The notes beneath the pieces were generated by a model. It had not been told where the DNA came from. It did no database searches and saw only the letters and a list, made by a program, of their open reading frames with translations. From NCBI GenBank assembly GCA_021613535.1, contig CP075493.1, positions 3,844,001 through 3,908,000 on the forward strand: a stretch of 64,000 bases of DNA. The letters are read 5' to 3'. The DNA comes from Adineta vaga (taxonomy: Eukaryota; Animalia; Rotifera). Positions within the stretch are counted from its first letter, which is position 1, and each line of letters opens with the position of its first letter. This document shows positions 40,569 through 52,896 of this stretch, in pieces. Both the position numbers and the translations under genes were made by a program.

Positions 40569-42562
40569 CTAAGTTGTTTTAAATGATACGAGATGATAAT
40601 GATCCATATCCAGAACATGTGGATTGATCAAATGATGTTGAACTAACAAACCTACTGTTGTCAATGCAAGTTTTTCTTCCACGGCTGGACCACGATTCTG
40701 CCAGTACTCACCAAATACACCATGTGAATCAGCGGGATTTAACTCACTCACACGATATCCAGACATTGCAATCCACACTGTCAAACGATGCATATCTTGA
40801 TCAGCTATCAATACAGGTACACATCCTTTGTATTTACTTCGATCAAATTCATCAACAAACGCTTGATAAACATCATCGCGTCGACCTTCTCTCAAATCGT
40901 TAGCAAATATAGGTAAAGCAAATACAATAGCAACGATATTTTCGAAGATTGCTCCATCTTCTTCCAATACTTGTCGAATGGCTCGTGCGGAAAGTGCTCT
41001 AACTCTTGCATCGATACCAATATGTCTTCCGGCGAACACGCCAAGTCCGATGCCAGTTTCGACAACAACCTGAATACCCTCTTTGTCACATGCATACAAT
41101 CGAAGTCTTGCCATTCGCATGAGATCAGCGAGAAGTTGCTGTTCGAGAAGTTGAGCACGAGGAGCTTTTGCTTTGATACGAAAATCTCGGCCATTGTACA
41201 CAAATGGAAAACCTGTTCTTGGATCGATTTCATAGACATCTGGCCAATTAGCGACATAAGTAGTGATATCGTTGATATCATGAATGCGACCAGCGAAATC
41301 GATACCAGTGACCGAGACAAGTTTGATACGATGAGGCCAATCGTGTTTGAGTTCTCGTTGAATGAGATGAGCATCGAATTCCATTAGGATGGGACATTGT
41401 GAAATACGAACAACGAACTTCATAGCAAACGCTTCGGCGCCTGATTTGGTTAATCCTTGAAGAGCTCGACGAAGAAAGGTTTTACTTATACCGATCGCGT
41501 CTTCATCTGCATAGACTTTGTATGAACGTTGCCAATCGATAATTTCTTGTACAGTCATTGCAAAAGAGGTTCTTCCATTGCCGGGAAATTTGATGATCAT
41601 GTTTGGATCGAGCAGATACGGAGCTCTACCCAATTGGAATGATTTCACACCATGAACAATATATTCTCCAGCAACATTTCTGAATTGAAATGTTTGTGCA
41701 AGAAATGTTTCCATTTGAGTTGTTTGGTAGTCACAATCGCCACTCATCGGTCCATTTTTATCCATTGGAGCTAGTTTTCCAATACTTTCAAATAATTGGA
41801 GAATCTGTTTATTCATAGTAGGATGTGCATTGAAATAAATACTTTGATATGGATCTGAATTCGTCTGTGAAATTGGAGCTACATCAGTTACGCGTCTTCG
41901 TGTTTGTGGTGGAGGATTCGATCTTGGTGGCATAGGTAGATCAGATGCATTTCGTTCAGTTTGTCTATCCGAAATAAAACCTATTTCTGGTGGTAACGAA
42001 TAACGTGAGGTTCGTGGAGAGAAAAGTCGTTGTGTATGTGATGAAGGAAACTGTTTTCCTCGTGTCGGTGGAGGATTTGCTTGTTGCGCTGCAACAAGTG
42101 TTTTTTCAATTTTAATTAAGTCAGATGATACTATATCTTTTTTAACTAAATTTAATTCATTTTGTTGTTTTACATATTCTCCACAAGTTTTCAGTAAATT
42201 ATTTAAATTTTCCATATCACGATCTGTATATTTATTTGTACGTTTTTTCGAATGAAGTTCATTGGAAATCTTATTCAACGAATTATTTATTTGAGTATTG
42301 GATTCTTTAATTAATTGTTGAATTTCTGTTCGAACTTTTTTTGCTGCTAATTGAATCTTTCCAATTGAATCTTTTTCCCATTGACCAATTTGATTCAAAA
42401 GATTCTTTTCCGTTTGTGCTTGAACAACACGTTGTTTTAATTTCTCATGACGTTTTTCGATGTCATTCATTTGATTTGACACATTCGCTCGACTATTATC
42501 TAAATGATGAACATAATTTATATTTTCACTGCTTAATAAATTTGATACTTACCACGATTCAT
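40569..42562 (-). CDS. Coiled coil + MavL/DUF4804-like (permuted PARG-type) macrodomain protein, copy A (intact)
   Basis: Exon 1 42553-42562 (ATGAATCGTG), 53-bp intron, exon 2 40569-42499. N-terminal coiled coil LLNQIGQWEKDSIGKIQ. C-terminal ETGIGLGVFAG, ELNPADSHGVFGEYWQNRGPAVEEKLALTT and QHHLINP. The domain assignment is by motif recall. Confidence 0.65.
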
Positions 42563-45500
42563 AGTTAATTTTTTGTCTAATAACTTGTTTTCTTTTCCAG
42601 TTCAGTAAATGAAGAATGAAATTAGTTTTTCTAGTCAACATCAGAAGTGCAAGGAAGAAGAAAAATATCGTGTAATTTTTCTTCGTTCTCATGCACATGC
42701 ATTTTTCTCGTTTATTTTTGTGTTTTTAAGCAATCTCAGGTAAGAAAAAACACAACAACAGTAGTGAAGATGAATGTCAAACGATATGTTTCATTAGAAA
42801 CAACATCGATTTTTCATTTTTGTCATAATAAACAGTAAACTTAAACAAATGAAGAATCTTGCAAATAATTCATGATGAAAAGTGATTTGCAAAGATCTGG
42901 TAGCTTTGTAGTTGAATTGAATCCCTAAACGTAAAATACAGAGAAAAATGAAGATTGTTGGAAGAATTTGTTTGCATCTTCTTGTTCGATTACATCGTAT
43001 GAATCGATGTTCACATTGAATTTCATGCGCTAGATTCCGAATTAGTTCTTTTGTTTCTTGAAGTATTTGAATTATTTTTGCCATTTGCTCTTTAGTTGGA
43101 GTATCAGTTTTCTTTAATTGAAAAATCAATTCTTTATTGAGAAAGAAAGAAAGAATTGGTTACATATCGATAATATGAAATAAATCTATAAATACGTTCT
43201 GGTAATTTGAATGCATGATAGTTCACTTGATTGATCAACAGCTAATTGAAGAAATTCATCGCGAAGTCGATATCGTCCTGTTGAACTGATTTGACATTCG
43301 ATAATTTCGAAATTATCAAGGAGTTTGTTTCAAGCAGAAGTTGAATTGAAATCAATAGTCTTCGTTATGCTCTTTTTTAATTTGAATGAAAAATATGAAC
43401 GAATTGTCTTATTTCTCTCTCCATTGTTTTTGTCGTACTACTTTTTTTTAATGGATTCCACCAATTATTTGGTCTTGCTTTGATTTGTTGAAATTTAATG
43501 TTCTGACGAACAACTATCGTATCTAATTCATATGGTAAAACGATTTTCATTGTTTTATCATGAATAGCAATTGTATGAAATAGAAATTCAAGAAATATCA
43601 ATTTACCTCGCCACTGAGCATATGCATCTTGAGGGTGAGAGTATATAACGACTGCGATCAACCGCACAAACCATTTCATTTGCCCACGGAAGAATGAACG
43701 TTCCAGGTGCTAAATGCCAATTATACCAGCTATCTATATTACTCTATATATTATAGGAAAGTTGAGCAGTGACAAGATCGTATGATGAAGAATAAAGGTC
43801 ATGAAGAGAACGAAATGCTTGCACAGATGGTATGGTAAATCTTCTTCAATAAACCAAACAAATGAATAATTAGTAGAAATTCGTGAAAAATAATAAAGGG
43901 CTTTCTTCCATGCTGTACATATTTTATTCGAGCCGAGTACATTAGCTTGTTGTTAACCATATTTGATAGCAATCGGTTCATTTACTTGAAAAAATCGTAA
44001 AGATGACGATGACGATGATGATGATAATGATGGAATTGAAACATTTTTATCGTCGACCACAATAAAAATATCGATAGCTGGAATACCTTTGATCGGTAAT
44101 ATACAAATAACTAGAGGAAAAAAAGTATCACAAGCTGGTCTACGCATACTTTGACGAATACAATGATAAATATTCGTAGTATCGACTATGACACTTAGTA
44201 TTTCAGGTGTTACCTCTACCAGAATAAAAATTAATAAAATTAAATATTTTATCTTCACTTGTTTTTACGGTAAAATTTATATCAGCAAGAAACATAGATG
44301 CGTTTAATCAATGTTTTTTTCCCAGATATATGTAAATAACGGGTGATAGAATAGCTTTTGGACAACATGTTGAGAGCTACAATTCCTATATAAAAGGTAC
44401 TAAGACATTTTTTTTGTATTGTTTGGATAGATTGTCACAATCTCTATTTGTGATATAAATACGATCGATCTTCGTGAATATGTTTTTTCTACGCTTGAAC
44501 AGCATAGTAATATTTAAAAAAACGATACAGTAAACCATTTGGCATTCGACAGATTTAAAAGATCAACGGCAATTTTTTAATAGAATAAAACGTTACAAAA
44601 ATGGCCGAATAAAATCAGTATTTTATGGCATCACTATTTGAGAAAGCGAAATATTTTTAGTGTAGTCTGACTTATAGAAATTATTTTTCAGTGTATCTTG
44701 CTGCTATTATAGAGGCTTAAGACTCTTCTTATAGAATAATGTTCCATAATGATTTTCTTAGAGAATCTTCAACTAGTAAACGACTTTTGGAACGTTTCAT
44801 TCGATTATAAACTGCCGTTGATCGATCGTATTTAAACGATAATTATCATGTGCTCTTCTTGTTAACACAGAGATTTATTCAAGTGAAAACTTTCATTATT
44901 GAAAGAAAATCAGTAATATAAAAAATTGCCAGTATTTCATAGCTATAGCGGTGTTGTCGGCGTTTTCATTGATACGAGACGATAATGATCCATATCCAGA
45001 ACATGTGGATTGATCAAATGATGTTGAACTAACAAACCTACTGTTGTCAATGCAAGTTTTTCTTCCACGGCTGGACCACGATTCTGCCAGTATTCACCAA
45101 ATACACCATGTGAATCAGCGGGATTTAACTCACTCACACGATATCCAGACATTGCAATCCACACTGTCAAACGATGCATATCTTGATCAGCTATCAATAC
45201 AGGTACACATCCTTTGTATTTACTTCGATCAAATTCATCAACAAACGCTTGATAAACATCATCGCGTCGACCTTCTCTCAAATCGTTAGCAAATATAGGT
45301 AAAGCAAATACAATAGCAACGATATTTTCGAAGATTGCTCCATCTTCTTCCAATACTTGTCGAATGGCTCGTGCGGAAAGTGCTCTAACTCTTGCATCGA
45401 TACCAATATGTCTTCCGGCGAACACACCAAGTCCGATGCCAGTTTCGACAACAACCTGAATACCCTCTTTGTCACATGCATACAATCGAAGTCTTGCCAT

Positions 45501-45942
45501 TCGCATGAGATCAGCGAGAAGTTGTTGTTCGAGAAGTTGAGCACGAGGTGCTTTTGCTTTGATACGAAAATCTCTACCATTGTAGACAAATGGAAAACCT
45601 GTTCTTGGATCGATTTCATAGACATCTGGCCAATTAGCGACATAAGTAGTGATATCGTTGATATCATGAATGCGACCAGCGAAATCGATACCAGTGACCG
45701 AGACAAGTTTGATACGATGAGGCCAATCGTGTTTGAGTTCTCGTTGAATGAGATGAGCATCGAATTCCATTAGGATGGGACATTGTGAAATACGAACAAC
45801 GAACTTCATAGCAAACGCTTCGGCGCCTGATTTGGTTAATCCTTGAAGAGCTCGACGAAGAAAGGTTTTACTTATACCGATCGCATCCGTCTGCATAGAC
45901 TTTGTATGAACGTTGCCAATCGACAATTTCTTGTACAGTCAT
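40583..45942. repeat. Near-identical ~1-kb direct repeat pair (40583-~41560 and 44969-~45942) covering the macrodomain-coding region
   Basis: Constant offset of about 4386 bp; the translations are identical from DAIGISK to DMDHY. Confidence 0.9.
43377..44258 (-). pseudogene. Decayed GT-A glycosyltransferase-like gene ('AWDKALYYF...VWFIEDD' type)
   Basis: Reading through the defects gives a signal anchor, KYG*QQ...CTAWKKALYYF...YSFVWFIEED/IPSVQAFRSLH...PWANEMVCAV/...FLEFLFHTIA...ELDTIV...NNWWNPLK. Defects: GTG start, TAA 43953-43955, frameshift ~43838, TAG 43744-43746, second frameshift ~43635. It may extend to ~42980. Confidence 0.65.
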
Positions 45943-46844
45943 TTTGAACGAATCACTCGTACGTCTTGGAAAGTCTATTTGCATGTTTGGATCTAATGTC
46001 TGAAGGGGCCTGCCTAATCGAAATGATTTAACACCGTGAACAATACATTCATCGGAACGATTTTTGAATTCAAAATTTTTTGCAAGAAACTTTTCCATTT
46101 GAGTTGTTTGGTAGTCACAATCGCCACTCATTGTTCCATTTTTATCCATTGGGGCTAATTTTCTTAGCTCTTCAAATAAACTTTTCATTTTCCGAAGATT
46201 AGACTTATTGCCAGAAAAAACTACATTTTGGTGTTCGTATTGTTGCTTTAACAGTGTTTTCTCTAGCAAAACGGATGGCATAGGTCGATGTTCGTTAGAA
46301 GGATCAACTTCTGATGTTTTACTTTGCTTATTTATTGTATCGATTACAACATCGACTGATGACAAATCAGCCAAACGTAGTTTGATTTCAGATATGCGCT
46401 TTAGTTCTTGTTCATTCGCGTCGAGTAAGTTTTTCCATTGCAAAATATCAGTTTTTGTATATTTTTTATTCTTTAATTTTGCATTAAATTCACAGGTGAA
46501 ATTTTCAATGGAATCATTTATGGCTTGGTGTGAAGTTTCTATTTCTTGTTTTAATAGCTTTTCCCCTTGTTTGGCTTTAGATTTAATATGTGCTAAAGAT
46601 TCTTTTTTCCATTTATCTACCTCGGATAATAATGTTTTTATGGGATTGTTTTCACGAAGACTGTTTGTTAAATCGACCGTTTGCTGTTCGAGACGTTTGA
46701 TTTCATTTACTAATGATGATGATGATTGCGAGGATTGATTTTGCTTTGAATCTCTGATCTTCGAACAGCCACATTTCCAGTGTGGGGAATATGTCTTCTG
46801 ACAGAAGTGGACTTTTGTTCTTTTTTTTGTCTATCTGTACTCAT
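44943..46844 (-). pseudogene. Coiled coil + MavL/DUF4804-like macrodomain, copy B (frameshifted as sequenced)
   Basis: A 2-nt deletion relative to copy A at ~45886 (GCAGACGGATGCG vs GCAGATGAAGACGCG) splits ORFs 45868-46443 and 44943-45926. The upstream frame stays open to ~46830, and the ATG at 46844 is one base out of frame across an A8 run (46821-46828). Confidence 0.6.
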
Positions 46845-49800
46845 AAGAATATTGACGGTTAACAATGTGAAACGATGTTGACTTGTCCTCACTTGAAAAT
46901 GAAAGACTATGCAAAGAAATCATGAGTTTTTATCGTTCTATTTTATGACTCGTCATCTATTTCGTTTTGAGATGAAAAAAAAACAGATAACGAGCAAATT
47001 AAGACAAAAAGCAAGTATATAAATCTTTTATTGTTTCTTATCAACATTTCAATTTTTTCGTATATCTTCCAAGAAAACAAAGAATATGACAAATTTCACA
47101 GATCTGTGAAAAATAGGTATATTCAAATCAGTCTTACAAGACATTACTAAGATTTTTCAAAGAAAAAGATTACTACAGTCTACATATGAATTAGCAACTT
47201 CACCTTCGCGTTGTACATTTCATTTCTTGTTTTTATTGTTGAGTACTATGTCATTGAAAAAACGAATTACAAATCATATTAACCGTGAAAATAACATATG
47301 TTTTCACTATACGTCACTCATGTTCTAATAGAAATTTGTTTTTCTAAATGGTAATAACATGTATTTGTGGGTAAAAACAGATCCAGTTCATTTTGCGATG
47401 ATATATAAATAGCATGAGTGAATAGATGATTGCTATGTGTAGTTAATAGAAAGGTATGTTTTCATTTCAGGAAATCTTCTATATAGATGTGATGATTTGC
47501 CAGAGAGATTGCCTAAGAAAAGACAAATGTGTTATTCCGAAGAATTTTTGTCTAAACTAAATGCATATTAACTATCTGACGTTAAAGTAGTTGAAAAGTG
47601 TAAAAAAATGTTGTTCTCTGTAAGAATGTCAATTGAATTTAGAAAAAATCCTAGATAAGCCATCCATTGTTTAGCACAAGATCATCCTACTTTGATTGAA
47701 AGCATTAAATATTGAGAAAGACAATATATGGGTGTACTGAAACGTGTGTATTTGTAACATGTTTCTATTAATTTACGAACTGTCATTTATAAAGAACTTT
47801 TGAAACCGAATACAAAGGTGATTATTTCTTAGATGGTTAATGAGTTGATTGTAAAACTATATTTATTAATGGTTTATGTTATATACTCTTATCCAACCAG
47901 AGAATTTTTTGCAAATAAAAGTGAGAATGTCAGTTGTCACTTATTTCTATATTCCATCTAGTCATTACGTGTACTCCTTTCATCTAACTGTAACTATCAG
48001 CTAGATATAAAAGTGTACATACTCTATGAGTCTTGTGCAAGAAGCGATCTTTGAACTCTTCTCCACTACGACTAAGTTCATTAAAATAATGGTCGATCGA
48101 AATTTTGATTAGCCACATGAATTGAAAATAGGTTGATTGAATCAAATACCTATGAAGAGATTCTATATTTTGATAATAATCATGACTGAAAAACAGAATT
48201 AAAATCACTACTAAGTGCACAGATTCAATGGAAATTATCAGTCTCTTTTTTCTGCACAAAAGCAAATGCGAGCCTCAGGGCAACATTTATACAATTATCT
48301 GTCGGTTCGTTCGACGAGCCACAATATCACATCATCATTTCAAAGCTCGTTTTGTTCCAAGTAGAACAAGAGTTAATGATCAAAGTCATTGTAAGCATTC
48401 AGATTGTATGCAACATTAGATCTATCAGAATGAATGCAATATTAATATCTTAAAAACACTGTACCATAGTTTTCTCTTGCAAAGAATTACTCACTGGAAA
48501 GAATAATTACTATTTTATAAATACAGAATTCTTTCAGAAATCATCAAAAAGTCATTTAATCTTTCAAGTAAATTTAACACATTCTTTTGTTATTTACGAA
48601 ATTTAACAATTGCATTGGATCGTTTCATATACATTCACAAAAGTCAGATCTTGCTATGACAGTGATTCTATCATAAACATTGTAACTGCATCATTCTAAT
48701 GACAGTTGCTCTATACATGTATTTCAAGATTATAAAACTTCTTTATAATTCAACTATAAGATTAATTTCCATTAAGATTTTGTATGTTTTTAATTGAACG
48801 AGCATCTTTTTTCTTTAATGAAACTAAACAATCTCTCTGTTTCTTTTTATTCATGAATCAAATCTTTTCTCGAACATTTTTTCAAGTTGCTTATCGATGA
48901 ATCTCATATGGCAATTCATATGTTAACTCTTCAAGGAAGGAAGACATTCATATCCGTCCGGTTTTAAATCAACTCAGAATCTACTTCCCAAAATCGTTTA
49001 TCATATTCTTCATTTATATATTGAATATTTTTCTCACCATATCGAACTAGTCGCATAAATTCTAAAAACAAAAAGATTTTGATCTTTAATTGCTACAACT
49101 AAAAAAAGCATTGTAGAAGAAATAAATGATGAAATAATCTCTATTAATATGTCATCAATCTTTTACAAAGTTTTGCTTTTCTTTACAACTGAAAAAAAAA
49201 ACTTAAAAATATGCACATAAATTTCCATTTCCTACTGTTGTGCTTCATCAAATAATTTATTGTTCAAAGATAAATTCACACATCATTTGTTTTATTCATT
49301 AGTTGACAAACTCAATCAATTCAATGCATTTGACATAGAGTTATATCATGTCAGAGAATAGAAAAAAAGTGATGATTCTTCGACTTTCATGCATCGAATC
49401 AAGCTGACAAATCCAACACAATGTCAAATGGTCATTCTACATGATTACTCACATGCACATCACATCATTAATAAAGATAAACTATCTCGCATAAAAAAAA
49501 GTAACTTTCTAATTTAAATTAAATCCAGACCTTTCTTGTATTTCTCTTTCTTCTCAATTGTTATAATGTCTTTACTCATATTGATACTGTCGGATACACA
49601 TTGCGTGACAATATTCATATACATGCAATGTTGCCAATAGAATTAGAAGAAAAAAAACGCATTTCTCGGATAGACGACAATTCTGATTGACTTTTCTCTC
49701 GGTATTTTCGAAGAAACACAATTTCTGATTTGATTTCTATTACTTTAACAATCTTGTCTACAAGACGAATTTAGTCAAACACTAACATGCAATAGGTAAC

Positions 49801-49932
49801 CTTTTTTCATCAACTTTTCTTTTCATATTAGATAGAAGCGTGCTTACTTTTTTTTCCTACTAATTCCTATCATAATAGTTTATATCCTGCTTTATTCTCT
49901 CGCCTATTCTGTTGAGTAACAACATACACAAA

Positions 49933-49955
49933 GAAGAAGAAGAAGAAGAAGAAGA
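49933..49955. repeat. (GAA)n microsatellite
   Basis: AGAAGAAGAAGAAGAAGAAGAAA seen directly. Confidence 0.75.
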
Positions 49956-51172
49956 AAGAAAGAAGGAAAAAAAACTCTATATTATTATTATATTTAATAA
50001 ACGATAGATGGAGAGAAGAGAAGAATTGAGTTCTTTTTATCAATGTATATATGTAAACACATTGTGTTTTTTTTTAATGAGAATAGTATGCATGATGAAC
50101 ACAGTAAGTATGATATTCAAAAAGAAATTAATTATTTATCGATGAAAACTATTATGTAGTACTCGATTTTTTTTTCTACATCAAGTGAACATCATCAAAG
50201 AATCTTTTACTATTCTTTTTAGCTATAAAAAACAATTAAAACACATCCCTCAAAGTCATTAATATAACATATAAGAGTCAATAATCCATTTCCAAGTATT
50301 TTTATTTAATGAAAAAGAGAAAAAAGAGAATCAGAAGATTCATGTCAGTTTGATGTTCAAGACATTATCATATATTCGAGATTCCCTTTCTTTTTTATCT
50401 GTTCCCAGAGTATAATTCGCTTAGTAATGACAAGCGAAGTTCGAATCTAATACTATGTGACATTGATTATGCCCTCGGGGATTTCAATACGACTGTTGTT
50501 CTAGATGAAGAGAGAACGAAAGCGTAAGGCAACTTTTCTTTCTTAGGCTTTTAAAGTTCACTTTTCTCCCGTCTTTTTTTTCTCTCTCTCTCTATGTATT
50601 CGATGTTATTTTAATTAAAAGTGAACGAGTAAGATTGTCGGTGATTTTTTAACTCATATGCATATATACATAATACTATGCCTTGTCAAAATGCCTTTTA
50701 AGCCTTCATCATTCTCTTCTAACAAAATGATTAAGGTGTCGACAATTGCTATTACATTGGCGAACATCGTTAGTTGATTTTCTACTTCATCACTAGCATA
50801 GAAAAATTAGATTTTCCTCATATAAAAAAACGAGAGAGAGAGAGTTGTTTCTTGCGCATGCTCGAACATATATATATATATATATATATTACTCGAAGGA
50901 GAAAAGAAGAAGCAAGTAGAAGAAGATTAATTGAAAAATCTGCACAAGACGACAATAACCGTGTGGCAAGAGACAAAGTCCATTCATTATCTCCTCACAT
51001 GCGTGAATACTGATTGAAAGAGAAAGACAAAAAAAAATGGTAGCAAGAATATTCATTTAAATCTTGTCATTTACAGATACATCTTTATGATGAATTCATT
51101 AACAACAACAATGAGAAGATGTTGTTGCGAATATTAAATGAAGGTATTTTATCTTAAACATGTTTATTTACC

Positions 51173-52896
51173 ATGAGCTGCCGCCTGTGGGTGATGCTCA
51201 TATTTATCATTTTTCAAGTCAAATTCAAAGTAATAACATTGAACTATTCTCCAGGTAAAGAGTATTTAATTTTTGTAAATTATATTCATATCTTTTATTT
51301 TTCAGATTGCTTCTACGAAAAACGTATTAATACTGCTTTGCAAGGTTACAATGATTTAAGTGATCAATGGTTATCAGATTTTGATTGTTTTGATCGTTGT
51401 TTAAGAATTGATCAACAGAAATGTCGATCATTTGAATATTGGCATCGAGAAGAAGCTGGTTTATGTGTACGTGCTAATATTTCATTAACAGATTATCCAA
51501 ATAAAACAGGATATAGTAAATCTGTTGATTATTATGAAATTAACTGTCGACGAGATATCAAAGGTTTACTTTCTTTCCTTTTTATCTTTATTAACTGGAT
51601 TTTTTTGTTTAGCTGTAAAACCAACCATTGTCCATTGTCCAGATGATCAATTATTTTTAACGGTACGATTAAATGGAATTCCTTGGAATAATGTACAATT
51701 AGGTGATATAAATTGCAAACCAAGTTGGTTCAATGAAAGTCATGTACAATTTATAACCAATATTGACAATTGTTCATTGGTATGGATGAAAGAGAAGATT
51801 AAGAAGGAATTTGAAAGAATAAGAAGAGTATCTTTCGACTTAAATCACTATTCCTATTTCGATTTAAAGATTTCCCATGAGTCATTCGAGATTTTTTCAT
51901 CATTCTTTATATAGATCTTAACAAACAATTCTATTATTGGCAAAATTCGTTGGACTAGTGCCTTTAAAAATGAAAATTTTACTAAACAATACGAACGTTT
52001 TTTCATTTGTGCAAGTAATCTCTATCAAATACGTACATCAACAATTGCAAATCATAAACATACTATATCAGTACTTTCAAATCCTCATAAAATCTCGTCT
52101 GATGATAAAAAATCGACTTCACCTTACAGGTAAAAATATGTTCGAAAAAGAAAAGAATGACATTTTCATTTCTCTTTTCAATAGAATTAATTTACAATGG
52201 AGTTTACATAATCACTCTTATGATTGTCCAAATCCATGTTATGTTTCACTTTTTTCGTTTTTAAATGTCACACTTATTGATTTATCATTAATAACATCAA
52301 AATATTCCATTGATTCATGTGATTTACAAGCTCTGTCTCCATATACACATTATCTTCAATCAAAACGATTGATTTCTCAAGGGTAAACTGATCAAATGAA
52401 AAAAAAGAGACGACAAACGATTTCTTTTCCTTTAGTTGTTCCGTTGATCCAACTGTGATTCATATACCAATTCATTCATCTCAGTTATCAATATTTTATT
52501 TTTCATTTTATCTTTATCAAATCCTTAAAGAACCTATACCATTTCAAATTCAATGTCAAATTTTACACAATGATGAAAATATACAATCATCATCAGATAT
52601 TGATTGTACATCAATCGATATCAATCGTTCATCAATGAATAGAAATGATAAACGAGATTATTTCTATACATTATTTCGTTCATCATCAGTTCATGTTACA
52701 CGAGATATACCATCAGTTGAATCTAACAAAGATTTATTTCATAAACAAAGTAAGATTTTTTTTTCGTTGAAAATTTTATCGAATGTCTTTATTTTTCCTT
52801 TCTTTCTTTCTAGAAACTATTATTTCAATCGCAACCGTCCATTATATAGAGTGCTCTCTTTTTGCCTTGTATGTTCTTATACTATATGCCGTTTAG
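51173..52896 (+). CDS. Secreted/membrane-anchored PAN(Apple) + ZP-like domain protein
   Basis: Signal peptide; PAN pattern C...CFDRC...CRSFEY...C...VDYYEINC; ZP-N-like VHCPDDQLFLTV...CKP...FITNIDNC; dibasic KR and a hydrophobic C-terminal tail; multi-exon. Confidence 0.65.

Noticed and set aside
40658-41387. Antisense and alternative-frame ORFs (81, 138, 160 aa) repeated at 45044-45773
   Set aside because: These are shadows of the GC-richer macrodomain CDS. Copy differences are synonymous in the main frame and mostly change residues in these frames.
43953-43955. Stop-codon reassignment or readthrough as an explanation for in-frame TAA/TAG
   Set aside because: The same gene also has frameshifts, and other genes use TAA/TAG as normal stops, so decay is the simpler explanation.
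44480-44700. TTTTAGTGTA / TTTTTCAGTGTA ends resembling CACTA/CACTG-type TIRs
   Set aside because: Only one orientation is present, with no matching left end or TSD.
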